Below, piece by piece: positions 47,953 to 58,111 of a stretch of 64,000 nucleotides of DNA. Origin of the DNA: an uncultured Candidatus Saccharibacteria bacterium (GTDB lineage Bacteria; Patescibacteriota; Saccharimonadia; Saccharimonadales; 2-12-FULL-41-12); contig CAZYMH010000005.1 in NCBI GenBank assembly GCA_964648105.1, positions 36 to 64,035 on the forward strand, in the 5' to 3' direction. The position numbers were made by a program, and so were the translations under genes. Position 1 is the stretch's first letter. Each line of letters starts with the position of its first letter. The notes beneath the pieces are model-generated. The model did no database searches, was not told the DNA's origin, and was given only the letters and a program-made list of their open reading frames with translations.

Positions 47953-49140
47953 TTAAGCGTGATTATCTACACATAACGGACAAGATTCTTGCCTGTCGCC
48001 ATCGGCTAAAAACCTAGAAAAAGCTAGTGGCCACGAAGTGTATTCACGGTAAGCACTTAAGTCAGCCATTCGCCTTAGCCACCAGCCAATTCGACCATAT
48101 AGCCTCACCTTGCCCCACAAAACTGCAGCCCATTTATCGCCAGCAGGCATTACATAAATCGGTTTTTTAGCTTTATACGGCAATGTCTCTTGTCCATTAA
48201 GCCGTCTAATAAGATTTTTGGCAACGTAATTTCCGTCATACAGTGCAGTTTGTGCCATACCGCTATAAGGCGTATCGGCATTATCACCGAGTACATATAT
48301 CCCGGGTTCGGCTTGTAGGTATTGATCAACTCTGACGATTCCTCTAGGAGTTAATTGAAAGCCGTTTTCTGCAAAAAATGGATTATTACTCATACCTGCT
48401 GTCCAGACAACTGTGTGTGAGCGGATGGGCGTGTTATGGATCATTAATTCATCGGCAGTTTGAGCTTGAACAATTGTGTTGAGATAAACCCTTACCCCAT
48501 TTTTTCTGAGATTTTTGAGTACTGAGCGGCCAATATCTTTGGGCAATCTAGGTAGTAACCTAGGAGCAGCTTCTATCAAATCGACATGAATATTGGAAAT
48601 CGGTAAGTCGTGAAATTTGGATATTTCTTTAATATACCTCGGTAATGCACCTGCTAATTCCACCCCTGTTGGTCCTCCACCTACTACAATGTAATGCATT
48701 TTATTAACAGATTTATTGGTCAGTTGAGTATGCAAATGTTCTTTCAAGCGAGCAGCTTCGGCCAAAGATTTTATGCCATAAGAATACTCAGCTAATCCTT
48801 TTATGCCAAAATAATTTGTTTGCATACCAAGACCTAATATTAGGGCGTTGTACGAAAATTCTTTGTTTGTAGCTGTAATCAACTTCTGAGATTTTCTGTC
48901 AATATTTTTGATGGAATCGATAACAATATTTATTTGGCGATCTTTGAAAATCTCTGTTAATGGCACGGACGATACAAATCGACTTCCACCAGTGACAGTA
49001 TGGTATAGCGAGCCATATATCTGAAGTTCACGACGATTACTGATCAAGGTGATGTCAAAGCGACTATCATCAGCTAATTCGATAGCTGCTTTAATACCTG
49101 CAAAACCGCCACCACCAATTACTATTTTTTGTTTAGACAT
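47953..49140 (-). CDS. ndh: Type II NADH dehydrogenase (NDH-2)
   Basis: 395 aa with two dinucleotide folds, IVIGGGGFAGIKAA and VVGGGPTGVELAG, and VLGDNA. Confidence 0.8.
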   Translation of the reverse strand: MSKQKIVIGGGGFAGIKAAIELADDSRFDITLISNRRELQIYGSLYHTVTGGSRFVSSVPLTEIFKDRQINIVIDSIKNIDRKSQKLITATNKEFSYNALILGLGMQTNYFGIKGLAEYSYGIKSLAEAARLKEHLHTQLTNKSVNKMHYIVVGGGPTGVELAGALPRYIKEISKFHDLPISNIHVDLIEAAPRLLPRLPKDIGRSVLKNLRKNGVRVYLNTIVQAQTADELMIHNTPIRSHTVVWTAGMSNNPFFAENGFQLTPRGIVRVDQYLQAEPGIYVLGDNADTPYSGMAQTALYDGNYVAKNLIRRLNGQETLPYKAKKPIYVMPAGDKWAAVLWGKVRLYGRIGWWLRRMADLSAYREYTSWPLAFSRFLADGDRQESCPLCVDNHA

Positions 49141-49219
49141 ATTCCCCTATAAAAATCTTTTTTAATTTTGTTATTTTAATTGTACTAAATACTTATGCTT
49201 AGTGTAAAATACTTTTTAG

Positions 49220-50872
49220 ATGAGTAAACTAAAAACAGAATTGTCAAAGCTTATTGATGGTAGCGTGGCCGATGATCCTACGACCAAAGATTTATTTAGT
49301 CATGATGCAAGTATGTTTGAATTGCGTCCTGAGGTAGTAGTTACACCGAGTAATGTCCAAGATATTCAAAACCTTGTGAAATATGTTTCTGAAAACAAAA
49401 ATGACAATCCCAACTTGTCATTAACAGTTCGCAGTGCTGGCACCGATATGAGTGGCGGAGCAATTAACGAATCGATTATCCTCAATATGACTCCAAAATT
49501 TAACCAAATAAAATCAGTCGATCGAGACAGTGCCGAGGTCCAACCGGGCGTGTATTATCGTGATTTTGAAGCAAAAACACTCAAATATGACGCTCTACTT
49601 CCCTGCTATCCCGCTAGTCGAGACTTATGTACAGTTGGTGGCATGGTAGCCAATAATTCTGGTGGTGAGAAATCGCTCGAACATGGCAAAACCGATCGTT
49701 TCGTGAATGAACTTGAGGTTGTTTTAGCCGATGGCAATGTCTATACTTTCAAACCTCTCAATAAGCCTGAACTCGATGAAAAACTCAACCAAAAAGATTA
49801 CGAAGGCGATTTATATCGTCGAGTCTTTGAATTAGTCGATAAAAATTACCAAGCCATTAAAAATGCTAAACCAAATGTCTCAAAAGATTCTACAGGCTAC
49901 CATCTATGGAATATTTGGGATAAAGAGCAACAGATTTTTGATATGAACCAAGCAATTATTGGCTCTCAAGGAACACTTGGTATAGTTACTAATATCAAAT
50001 TTAAACTTATTAAGGCTCCTAAGCACTCAGGTACACTAATTGTGTTTATGCGAAAAATCGATCATTTGGGTGACTTTATTGTTGATGTACTCAAGGCTAA
50101 ACCAGCGACTTTTGAAGGATTCGATAATTACACCTTATGGCTTAGTTTTAAATTGTTTTTCTTTTTTCGGAAAAAACTAGGTTTCTGGGGAATGGTTAAG
50201 TTAGGTCTTCAACTTTTGCCTAGTGGACTAAAAATTGCTAGAAGCATACCTAAAATGGTTTTAATGATTGAATTTAACGGGGAAACTGAAGAAGAAGTTG
50301 CTGCCAAAGTCCATAATATGCGAATGAATCTAGAAAAGTATGGCCATGATATGCTGTTTGAAGAAGACGAAACCGAAGCAAAATCGCGTAAATTTTGGAT
50401 TATGCGCCGCGAAAGCTTTAATCTGCTCAGGCAAAAAGTTAAAGATAAGCACACAGCACCATTTATTGATGATTTAGTTGTACCACCTAAACATTTGCCA
50501 GAATTTTTGCCTAAATTAAGAGTAATTTTGAAAAAATATAGATTCATGGCCACAATTGCTGGCCACTTTGGCGACGGCAATTTTCATGTTATACCACTCA
50601 TGAAAATCGAAGATGCTAAGGAACGAGCTAAGATTGAGCCAGCGTTGAAGGAAGTAAATTCTTTAGTTATGAGCTACCATGGTAGTTTAAGCGGAGAACA
50701 TAATGATGGTATGAGCCGTGGACCGTGGTTGCATCAAATGTACTCACCAGAGGTTATTGACTATTTCAAGCAATTAAAAACCGCTTTTGATCCAGATAAT
50801 ATTTTTAACCCTCACAAAAAAATTGACGCCGACTGGCAGTATTCTCTAAAAAATATTAGAGATCATTTTTAA
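49220..50872 (+). CDS. FAD-linked oxidase/dehydrogenase (GlcD / D-lactate dehydrogenase-like)
   Basis: 550 aa. The FAD_binding_4-type N-terminal part has RSAGTDMSGGAI and GGMVANNSGG. The C-terminal part has GSLSGEHNDG and FDPDNIFNPHK. Confidence 0.75.
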   Translation: MSKLKTELSKLIDGSVADDPTTKDLFSHDASMFELRPEVVVTPSNVQDIQNLVKYVSENKNDNPNLSLTVRSAGTDMSGGAINESIILNMTPKFNQIKSVDRDSAEVQPGVYYRDFEAKTLKYDALLPCYPASRDLCTVGGMVANNSGGEKSLEHGKTDRFVNELEVVLADGNVYTFKPLNKPELDEKLNQKDYEGDLYRRVFELVDKNYQAIKNAKPNVSKDSTGYHLWNIWDKEQQIFDMNQAIIGSQGTLGIVTNIKFKLIKAPKHSGTLIVFMRKIDHLGDFIVDVLKAKPATFEGFDNYTLWLSFKLFFFFRKKLGFWGMVKLGLQLLPSGLKIARSIPKMVLMIEFNGETEEEVAAKVHNMRMNLEKYGHDMLFEEDETEAKSRKFWIMRRESFNLLRQKVKDKHTAPFIDDLVVPPKHLPEFLPKLRVILKKYRFMATIAGHFGDGNFHVIPLMKIEDAKERAKIEPALKEVNSLVMSYHGSLSGEHNDGMSRGPWLHQMYSPEVIDYFKQLKTAFDPDNIFNPHKKIDADWQYSLKNIRDHF

Positions 50873-50886
50873 ATAAACTAGATAAA

Positions 50887-51144
50887 TTATTTTCGAATAA
50901 ATTTTTTGGCAAGTTTGATTTTGGTTGAATAGATCAAACTTGAGATTATCGCAATAAAAACTAATCCTGATAAACAGACGTGAGCGATATTATTGCTAGT
51001 AATAAATATTAAGCTCAGACCAGAGATAATTGTTACAGCACTAAGGCCTTGAGTAAAAGCGATAAGTTTAGTATCTAGTTTAAAATAATTTACAGCAGCA
51101 ATGATCACCGCAGTTATAGCAAAAAATATGTGAATAATAAGCAT
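50887..51144 (-). CDS. Small membrane protein (3 TM)
   Basis: 85 aa and hydrophobic, immediately downstream of cyoE. Confidence 0.5.
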   Translation of the reverse strand: MLIIHIFFAITAVIIAAVNYFKLDTKLIAFTQGLSAVTIISGLSLIFITSNNIAHVCLSGLVFIAIISSLIYSTKIKLAKKFIRK

Positions 51145-51167
51145 AAGTTAATTTTAGCAATTACCAG

Positions 51168-52034
51168 CTAAAATGGCAAAAATTTATAGCAAATCAATAA
51201 TAAACACCACACCGAAAGTACAAAAATAGATCGACCGAATACTTTTTTAGCAAACATATTAGTCTCTAGCTCACCTTTTATGTCTTTTAAGCCAAGTTTT
51301 AACCAGTAAAATCCTAATAACAATATTACTATGACATACAAAAATTTAGTTTGCTCATATAACGCCACTAAACATGCCGAAAGTGTAAAAATAGCTATCA
51401 ATATAACAATTTGCAAATGAAGCGTTGAAAAACTTCTAAAATGTGAAGCTACTTTGATTTTGGCTAATCTGTACTGCTCTTTCCGAAAAATCGAAATCGC
51501 ATAAAAATGAGGCAATTGCCAAATCAGCATAATTACAAACAAAAGCCACGGAGTTTTGGAATATAAATCTGGGTTAGCGGCGAATGCTCCAGCTAAAATT
51601 GGAGTAGCTCCTGGTATGGTTCCAATTTCAGTTCCGTATTTGGTATACCGTTTAGCGTATGTGTAGATAACCACGTAGCTAACAAACCCCAAAATACCAA
51701 CCAGTAATGTCAAGGTATTTGTCAGTATATACAAACTAGCTATACCCAAAATTAATAGTATCAGGCCGTAAATAAAGGCTGCTCGAGTCGAAATTTGGTT
51801 AGTCGCAATCGGCCGATTTTTCGTGCGAGGCATTTTGAGGTCGACTTGTTTATCGATAATATTATTCATAATACAACCACTGGCCACAACAAATGTTGTT
51901 CCTAAAATAACACCTAATAATGTATATTCGATATGCCAATTAGATATCAAAAAATATCCAGCAACTGAAGTGAACAGATTTGCTCTTACAATTCCTGGTT
52001 TAGTAGCTTGATAATATAAGTTTAGAGTTTGCAT
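51168..52034 (-). CDS. cyoE: Protoheme IX farnesyltransferase (heme O synthase)
   Basis: 288 aa UbiA-family protein with YYQATKPGI and NNIIDKQVDLKMPRTKNRP. It is the last gene of the cyo cluster. Confidence 0.9.
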   Translation of the reverse strand: MQTLNLYYQATKPGIVRANLFTSVAGYFLISNWHIEYTLLGVILGTTFVVASGCIMNNIIDKQVDLKMPRTKNRPIATNQISTRAAFIYGLILLILGIASLYILTNTLTLLVGILGFVSYVVIYTYAKRYTKYGTEIGTIPGATPILAGAFAANPDLYSKTPWLLFVIMLIWQLPHFYAISIFRKEQYRLAKIKVASHFRSFSTLHLQIVILIAIFTLSACLVALYEQTKFLYVIVILLLGFYWLKLGLKDIKGELETNMFAKKVFGRSIFVLSVWCLLLICYKFLPF

Positions 52035-52037
52035 GAA

Positions 52038-52442
52038 TTAATTTATGTGGTGGCTAGAATGGTTTTCGTCGGTAGAAGAATTATTTGTGTTGGGAATTTC
52101 ATCTTTGATTGTTTTTTGTTCGTAATTTTTAGTTGTGTTCATGTCCATATTGTAGTGCAGATTACTCATAATCCATATCGAACCAATGACTAAAGTAGCT
52201 ATTGCAAAAACAGTATAATAAAAGGCCAAACTATCCCATTTCGGGCCTTTGCTTTGTCCGATATGCAAGAAAAACATCAACTGAACTACCAACTGTATAG
52301 CGGCTAAAATTCCAATAAATATATATACTCCCTTGCCAGAAATTTGGTTATTCATAACCATAATGAACGCCAATAACGTAATAACCAAAGAAATACTAAA
52401 GCCAATTAAGTATTTTTTGAGTTGATTGTTGATTGTACTCAT
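52038..52442 (-). CDS. cyoD: Cytochrome o ubiquinol oxidase subunit IV
   Basis: 134 aa with 3 TM. Its start overlaps the cyoC stop as ATGA, and it is in the expected operon position. Confidence 0.75.
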   Translation of the reverse strand: MSTINNQLKKYLIGFSISLVITLLAFIMVMNNQISGKGVYIFIGILAAIQLVVQLMFFLHIGQSKGPKWDSLAFYYTVFAIATLVIGSIWIMSNLHYNMDMNTTKNYEQKTIKDEIPNTNNSSTDENHSSHHIN

Positions 52443-53035
52443 GAGCCTGCTCCTGCTAAATATACAACTGAAAAAATAAATATCCAGACGATATCCAAGA
52501 AATGCCAGAATAAACTAAATAACATTAGTCGCTTGTAGATAACTTTATTTAGCCCATTCTCGACTATTAGACCAATTAGTACGGCTGCCCAAATCAAGCC
52601 GATTAAAATATGCAAACCATGTGTACCGACTAAAGTAAAATAGCTCGATAAAAATGCACTCGTTTGCCAGCCATGTCCGTCAGCAACTAGTTTAGAAAAT
52701 TCATGAACCTCCATACTCAAGAAGCTAACTCCAAGCACTAAAGTGATACTTAAAAATATCAATGCTCTATTTTTGTTGTCGTATTTTGCAAATAAAAGCA
52801 TTAAACCAGCTGTTAAGCTACTAATTAATAGTAAAATTGTTTCTACCAATATATATGGCAAGTCAAAAATCTCTTTGCCGCTTACACTGCCATTAGTACT
52901 GTTTTTTAGTACTGCATAAGTCGCAAAGAGCGTAGCGAATACTAAACAGTCGGTCATAATGTATATCCAAAATCCTAATCCGATTTTTTCAGATGGACTC
53001 TTGAAAGTTTTTAGCGATTCACTTATTGTACTCAC
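52439..53035 (-). CDS. cyoC: Cytochrome o ubiquinol oxidase subunit III
   Basis: It has 5 TM and YFTLVGTHGLHILIG. A GTG start at 53035 sits 8 nt after GGAG and overlaps the cyoB stop as GTGA. Confidence 0.85.
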   Translation of the reverse strand: MSTISESLKTFKSPSEKIGLGFWIYIMTDCLVFATLFATYAVLKNSTNGSVSGKEIFDLPYILVETILLLISSLTAGLMLLFAKYDNKNRALIFLSITLVLGVSFLSMEVHEFSKLVADGHGWQTSAFLSSYFTLVGTHGLHILIGLIWAAVLIGLIVENGLNKVIYKRLMLFSLFWHFLDIVWIFIFSVVYLAGAGS

Positions 53036-55032
53036 GCCATCAACTCCTTCCAAGGATTGTTTTTATCGAGTTCCTCAACCTTTTTGGCTGGTATGGTATA
53101 TTCGGTTTCTAGTTGATTACCTCTTATAACAATGCTGACAATAGACATTATTATCGCAATAATTGCTAACCACCAGATATGCCAAACTATACTAAAACAT
53201 GCTAGGAATGCCAAAGCTCCAATCACTATGCCCATTCCGCTGTTCTTGGGCAAGACAATATCGGCGTATTTTAGCTTAGTCGATGATTTTTTGTGTGAGT
53301 TTTTTCTTTCCCAAAATTCGTCCCGACGAGTGATGGTTGGTATGATCGCAAAATTATAAAATGGAGCTGGCGATGGCGTGGCCCATTCGATGGTTCGGCC
53401 ATTCCAAGGGTCGCCACTTTTATCACGCAGACTTTTCCGATTCCAAATACTGTAAACTACTTGAGCTACTTGCAATAATATACCTAGCAAAATTATAAAT
53501 ACACCAATTGCTGAAACAACAAACAATCCTTGCCAACCAAGTGACGGGTCATAATGATCAAGTCGTCTAGTCGCACCCATAAATCCTAAAATGTACAGCG
53601 GCATGAAGGTTAGTAAGAACCCGATAATCCAACAACTTTGCGACAACAAGCCGATTTTTTCACTTAGTTTGAAGCCAAAAATCTTTGGGAACCAATATAT
53701 AAAGCCCGCGATATAGCCGAATACTACGCCACCAATTATGGTGTTATGGAAATGAGCTACCAAAAACAAACTATTGTGTACTTGGAAATCGATCGCAGGT
53801 ACGCTCATCAATACCCCTGTCATTCCACCAATGGTAAATACGAATACAAAGGCCATAAACCATATCATTGGCGTTTTGAAGTCAATTCGACCTCTAAACA
53901 TTGTAAATAACCAGTTGAAAATTTTGACCCCAGTCGGTATGGCGATAATCATAGTCATGATTCCGAAAAAGGCGTTGACGTTTGGTCCTGCACCCATGGT
54001 GAAGAAGTGATGCAACCATACCAAAAATGACAGAACACTAATAGATATCAATGCGGCGACCATAGAGGTATAACCAAATAATTTTTTACGAGAAAATGTG
54101 GCTACAATTTCGGAATATATTCCAAAAGCTGGCAATATCAAAATATAAACTTCTGGATGTCCCCATGCCCAAATAAGATTTATATACATCATTGGATCAC
54201 CACCTGCATTCGACGTAAAGAAGTGCATCCCAAATATTCTATCTAGTGACAGTAAGGCTAAGGTAGCTGTCAGAATTGGAAAAACAATCACCAAAAGCAC
54301 CATGTTAGATAGTACACTCCAAGTAAAAATCGGCATTTTCATCAAGCTCATACCAGGAGCTCGTTCTTTGAGAATAGTAACAATAAAGTTAATACCCGAT
54401 AACAAACTGCCTATACCTGATATCTGTATACTCCATAACCAATAATCTATACCAACGCCTGGACTATATTGCAATTCAGCCAAAGGAGGATACGCCAACC
54501 AACCAGCTGCCGAAAATTCTCCGATTGCCAAAGAAGTGTTAATAAGTGCCATGCCAGCGAAAAATAACCAAAAACTTAAATTATTTAAGAATGGAAAAGC
54601 TACATCTCTGGCTCCAATTTGAAGTGGCATAATTAGGTTAATCAAACCGAACATTAACCCCATTGCCACGAAGAAAATCATTATGGTGCCATGAGCCGAA
54701 AACATCTGTTGAAAATGATCAGACTCTAAAAAACCATTGCTATTACCTGATGACAATGCGGTATGAGAACGCATAATAGCTGCATCTATAACTCCCCTGA
54801 CTAGCATGAGTGTGGATACAACTATATACATAACGCCAATTTTTTTATGATCTAGCGAAGTCAACCAGTTTTTGTATAGCCATTTCCACCGTTTTAGATA
54901 AGTCAATAGAAATACAACTGATATCAGCCCAATAGTCATACTTAGAATGCCGCCCATGACCACCATATTGTGCATAAATGCTTCTTTATTAAGTTTGCCT
55001 AATAATTCTGCAAAATTCATAAAACCACTCAT
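53032..55032 (-). CDS. cyoB: Cytochrome o ubiquinol oxidase subunit I (heme-copper oxidase)
   Basis: 666 aa with WAWGHPEVYILILPAFG and VAHFHNTIIGG. Confidence 0.95.
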   Translation of the reverse strand: MSGFMNFAELLGKLNKEAFMHNMVVMGGILSMTIGLISVVFLLTYLKRWKWLYKNWLTSLDHKKIGVMYIVVSTLMLVRGVIDAAIMRSHTALSSGNSNGFLESDHFQQMFSAHGTIMIFFVAMGLMFGLINLIMPLQIGARDVAFPFLNNLSFWLFFAGMALINTSLAIGEFSAAGWLAYPPLAELQYSPGVGIDYWLWSIQISGIGSLLSGINFIVTILKERAPGMSLMKMPIFTWSVLSNMVLLVIVFPILTATLALLSLDRIFGMHFFTSNAGGDPMMYINLIWAWGHPEVYILILPAFGIYSEIVATFSRKKLFGYTSMVAALISISVLSFLVWLHHFFTMGAGPNVNAFFGIMTMIIAIPTGVKIFNWLFTMFRGRIDFKTPMIWFMAFVFVFTIGGMTGVLMSVPAIDFQVHNSLFLVAHFHNTIIGGVVFGYIAGFIYWFPKIFGFKLSEKIGLLSQSCWIIGFLLTFMPLYILGFMGATRRLDHYDPSLGWQGLFVVSAIGVFIILLGILLQVAQVVYSIWNRKSLRDKSGDPWNGRTIEWATPSPAPFYNFAIIPTITRRDEFWERKNSHKKSSTKLKYADIVLPKNSGMGIVIGALAFLACFSIVWHIWWLAIIAIIMSIVSIVIRGNQLETEYTIPAKKVEELDKNNPWKELMA

Positions 55033-55940
55033 TAGTAACTCTGTCCTTCCATTTGGGGTTGCATCGGCGATGACATTTCATTTGAACTATGACCCATTCC
55101 TTTATGAAGTACATAATCAAAGAGATTATTATCGCTTAATTTATATTCTTTAAGTGATTTATCGGTCGACTTTTCAGCAATTTGGTCGTAAGTTTCTGAA
55201 TTTAAATTCTCGTCGGAATTTTGGACAGTCGAGACCCACTGATTAAATTGTGAATCAGCAACCGAATACACATTGAAATTCATATCCGAAAAGCCCTCGC
55301 CGCTAATATTTGCCGAAACTCCTTTATACACTCCATCCTGACTTGCCTCCAGACTAAGTTGTGATTTCATACCACTCATTGCATAAATTTGCCCACCTAG
55401 ATCTGGAATCCAGAATGAATTCATTGGAGCATCAGACGTAATTTCGAAATTCACTGGTCGATTTGTAGGAATTTTGAGGTAGTTTAAAGTAGCAATGTTC
55501 TGTTCAGGATAAATAAATAACCAACGCCACTGTGTAGCGACTACTTGGACTTTTAAGGGTTGTTCGGTGGAGCTAATTTTCTTAAATGGATCTAAATTAT
55601 GACTTGAATTCCAGGCGACGATCGATAGTATCAAGATAATAATAATCGGAATTCCCCACCAGACTGTCTCTAAAATTTTGTGTGTATCCCAATTTGGACT
55701 ATATTTGTTATTTTTGCTCTCGCGATATTTGTAAGCAAAGAAAAAAGTTAAGAAAAAAACCGGTAATATTACAACTAATGATAAAATTGTTGCGAATCTT
55801 AGTAAATCGTATTGTTCTTTAGCAATAGTTCCTTTGGGATTTAGCAAGCTAGCATCACTGGTTAATAAGTAGTATAAACAGTAGAAGAAAATAGCAAACG
55901 CAAGTATTGCTACGAATCTAACATACAACCCCTTTTTCAT
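55032..55940 (-). CDS. cyoA: Quinol oxidase subunit II (CuA site absent)
   Basis: 302 aa with 2 TM plus a cupredoxin domain. The CuA ligand positions read NSFWIP and SANISGEGFSDM instead of H...CxExC..H..M. Confidence 0.85.
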   Translation of the reverse strand: MKKGLYVRFVAILAFAIFFYCLYYLLTSDASLLNPKGTIAKEQYDLLRFATILSLVVILPVFFLTFFFAYKYRESKNNKYSPNWDTHKILETVWWGIPIIIILILSIVAWNSSHNLDPFKKISSTEQPLKVQVVATQWRWLFIYPEQNIATLNYLKIPTNRPVNFEITSDAPMNSFWIPDLGGQIYAMSGMKSQLSLEASQDGVYKGVSANISGEGFSDMNFNVYSVADSQFNQWVSTVQNSDENLNSETYDQIAEKSTDKSLKEYKLSDNNLFDYVLHKGMGHSSNEMSSPMQPQMEGQSY

Positions 55941-56038
55941 AATTATTTGTATAATAGCATAAGAATTTTTAGAAAAACAATAGATTTTTATGACAAATTA
56001 TGTTGATAAAATTGAAAATTTTCAGTATCGTTTAAGTA

Positions 56039-56971
56039 ATGGATCGCAAAAAAATGAGGCGGAATATTCATCCGCTAAATATTAATAGTCTTAGTGGAAG
56101 GATTCTCAAATTAGATAATCAAGTAAAATCTAAAAATGAATTTTTAATGCTTTATGGTATACATGCTACGCACGAGAGAATGTATTCTTTTGCAGAAGTA
56201 TTTAGTGATTATGGACCAGTTGTTATGCCTGATTTACCAGGTATGGGCGGTATGGACTCATTTTATAAAATCGGCAAAAAACCAACCCTAGATAATTATG
56301 CAGATTATTTTGCTTCTTTCATAAAAATGCGTTATAAACGCAAAAAAGCAATTTTGGTATGTTTTTCGTATTCGGTACCGATCGTCATTCGAACGTTGCA
56401 AAAATATCCAGAATTGATTGAAAAATTCGAATATATCATCAGTATCGCTGGGTTTGTCAGTCATACAGATTTTAAATTTAGCAATATGCAAAAAAATTTT
56501 TATGCTGGTGCATCGACTTTAGGTAAAAATTATGTTGTCTCGACATTTCTTAAAAATTTTATTTACAAAGGAGTAGTAATTAAGTCGGCTTACAAACTTG
56601 TCTCTAGAACTAATCCCAAAATTAGCGATTTAGACAAACAAGCACTAAATGATAGTTTAGATTTCGAAGTTGAATTATGGAAAAAAAATGATCTCAGAAC
56701 ATGGTTTTATCTTATTAAATCGCTTAGTAAGATCGACTTATGTAACGAAAAAATTCGTGGTATAGAAATTATCCATGTTTCGATTAAAGGCGATTCTTTT
56801 CTTAATAATTATGTAGTTAGCCAACATATGAATGTTATTTTTGACAAAGTAAAAAATATTGAAGCAGATATGACTAAGCATATGCCAACAATCTTAGCCA
56901 ACAAACAAGAAGCAAAATATTTTATTCCAGATGAGATAATCAAAAAAATTAAGCAAAATTTGGTTAAATAA
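56039..56971 (+). CDS. Alpha/beta-hydrolase fold protein
   Basis: 310 aa with LMLYGIHATHER and the nucleophile-elbow-like ILVCFSYSVP. Confidence 0.6.
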   Translation: MDRKKMRRNIHPLNINSLSGRILKLDNQVKSKNEFLMLYGIHATHERMYSFAEVFSDYGPVVMPDLPGMGGMDSFYKIGKKPTLDNYADYFASFIKMRYKRKKAILVCFSYSVPIVIRTLQKYPELIEKFEYIISIAGFVSHTDFKFSNMQKNFYAGASTLGKNYVVSTFLKNFIYKGVVIKSAYKLVSRTNPKISDLDKQALNDSLDFEVELWKKNDLRTWFYLIKSLSKIDLCNEKIRGIEIIHVSIKGDSFLNNYVVSQHMNVIFDKVKNIEADMTKHMPTILANKQEAKYFIPDEIIKKIKQNLVK

Positions 56972-56992
56972 AAATAATGGTACAATATTGAA

Positions 56993-58111
56993 ATGAAAAT
57001 AGGCTTAGTTTGCCCCTATAACGTTTTTAGGGGTGGAGGTGTGCAAGAATGCGTTTTGGCACTGCGAGATGGTTTGAATAAGCTTGGCCATGAGAGCTAT
57101 GTTATTACTCCTCAACCCTTAAAATATGATGCTGAAGCCCCTGAAGGGATTATATTTATTGGTAAGGCTAGAGCTTTTCGAGCTGTAAAAACAATGGGTG
57201 ATATATCGATTACAGTTGATACCAAACAACTCGAGCAAGTATTACTCGAAGAAAATTTTGATCTACTACATTTTCATGAGCCGTGGGTACCATGGATTTC
57301 TGTCCAAATAATGCAAAGATCAGACGTCGTCCATATTGCAACTTTTCATGCGGCTATGAGTGAACGAAAATCATCTAAAGCTGTCGAAAAAGTAATTACT
57401 CCATATACCAAAAGTATCTTTACCTACCTCGATGCTCTTACTGCAGTTTCGCAGACCGCGACTAACTATGCTCGTTCACTAACCGATCGTGATATAAAAA
57501 TTATCCCAAATGGAATAGATTTGAGTAAGTATTCGCCACCTAAGGTTTATTCCGCAAATAAACAAAAAACCATCCTTTATATTGGTCGTTTAGAAAAGCG
57601 TAAAGGCTTGAAATATCTAGTTAAAGCTTTTGGCTTGCTAGTTGAAAAGCATCCAGAATATAAGTTATTAATTGCTGGCGATGGCCCAGAAAACGAAAAA
57701 TTGCGTTCATTAATTGAGTACGAAAATATCCCTAATGTCGAATTTTTAGGTTATATTTCAACTGAGAAAAAACATCAGTTACTCCAAACATCTGATGTTT
57801 TTTGCTCGCCTGCAATTTACGGCGAAAGTTTTGGGATTGTACTTTTGGAAGCAATGGCATCGGGTTGTGTGACTGTATGTGGAAATAACTCTGGATATGA
57901 AAGTGTCATGAAAGACTTCGGTCAAATTTCTTTAGTCAATCCTGAAGATTCCAAAGAGTTTGCTAGAAGACTCGAATTACTTGCTACCAATCAAATTCTT
58001 CGCGATCAATGGCGAAAGTGGGCTTTAAAAGAAGTTAAAAAATACGACTATAAAAATGTCGTCAAACAATACCTCGATCTTTATGAAGAGACTTTAATTA
58101 ACCATGGCTAA
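56993..58111 (+). CDS. Family 4 glycosyltransferase (PimA-like)
   Basis: 372 aa with GGVQECV, HFHEPW, GRLEKRKG and ESFGIVLLEAMASG. Confidence 0.85.
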   Translation: MKIGLVCPYNVFRGGGVQECVLALRDGLNKLGHESYVITPQPLKYDAEAPEGIIFIGKARAFRAVKTMGDISITVDTKQLEQVLLEENFDLLHFHEPWVPWISVQIMQRSDVVHIATFHAAMSERKSSKAVEKVITPYTKSIFTYLDALTAVSQTATNYARSLTDRDIKIIPNGIDLSKYSPPKVYSANKQKTILYIGRLEKRKGLKYLVKAFGLLVEKHPEYKLLIAGDGPENEKLRSLIEYENIPNVEFLGYISTEKKHQLLQTSDVFCSPAIYGESFGIVLLEAMASGCVTVCGNNSGYESVMKDFGQISLVNPEDSKEFARRLELLATNQILRDQWRKWALKEVKKYDYKNVVKQYLDLYEETLINHG

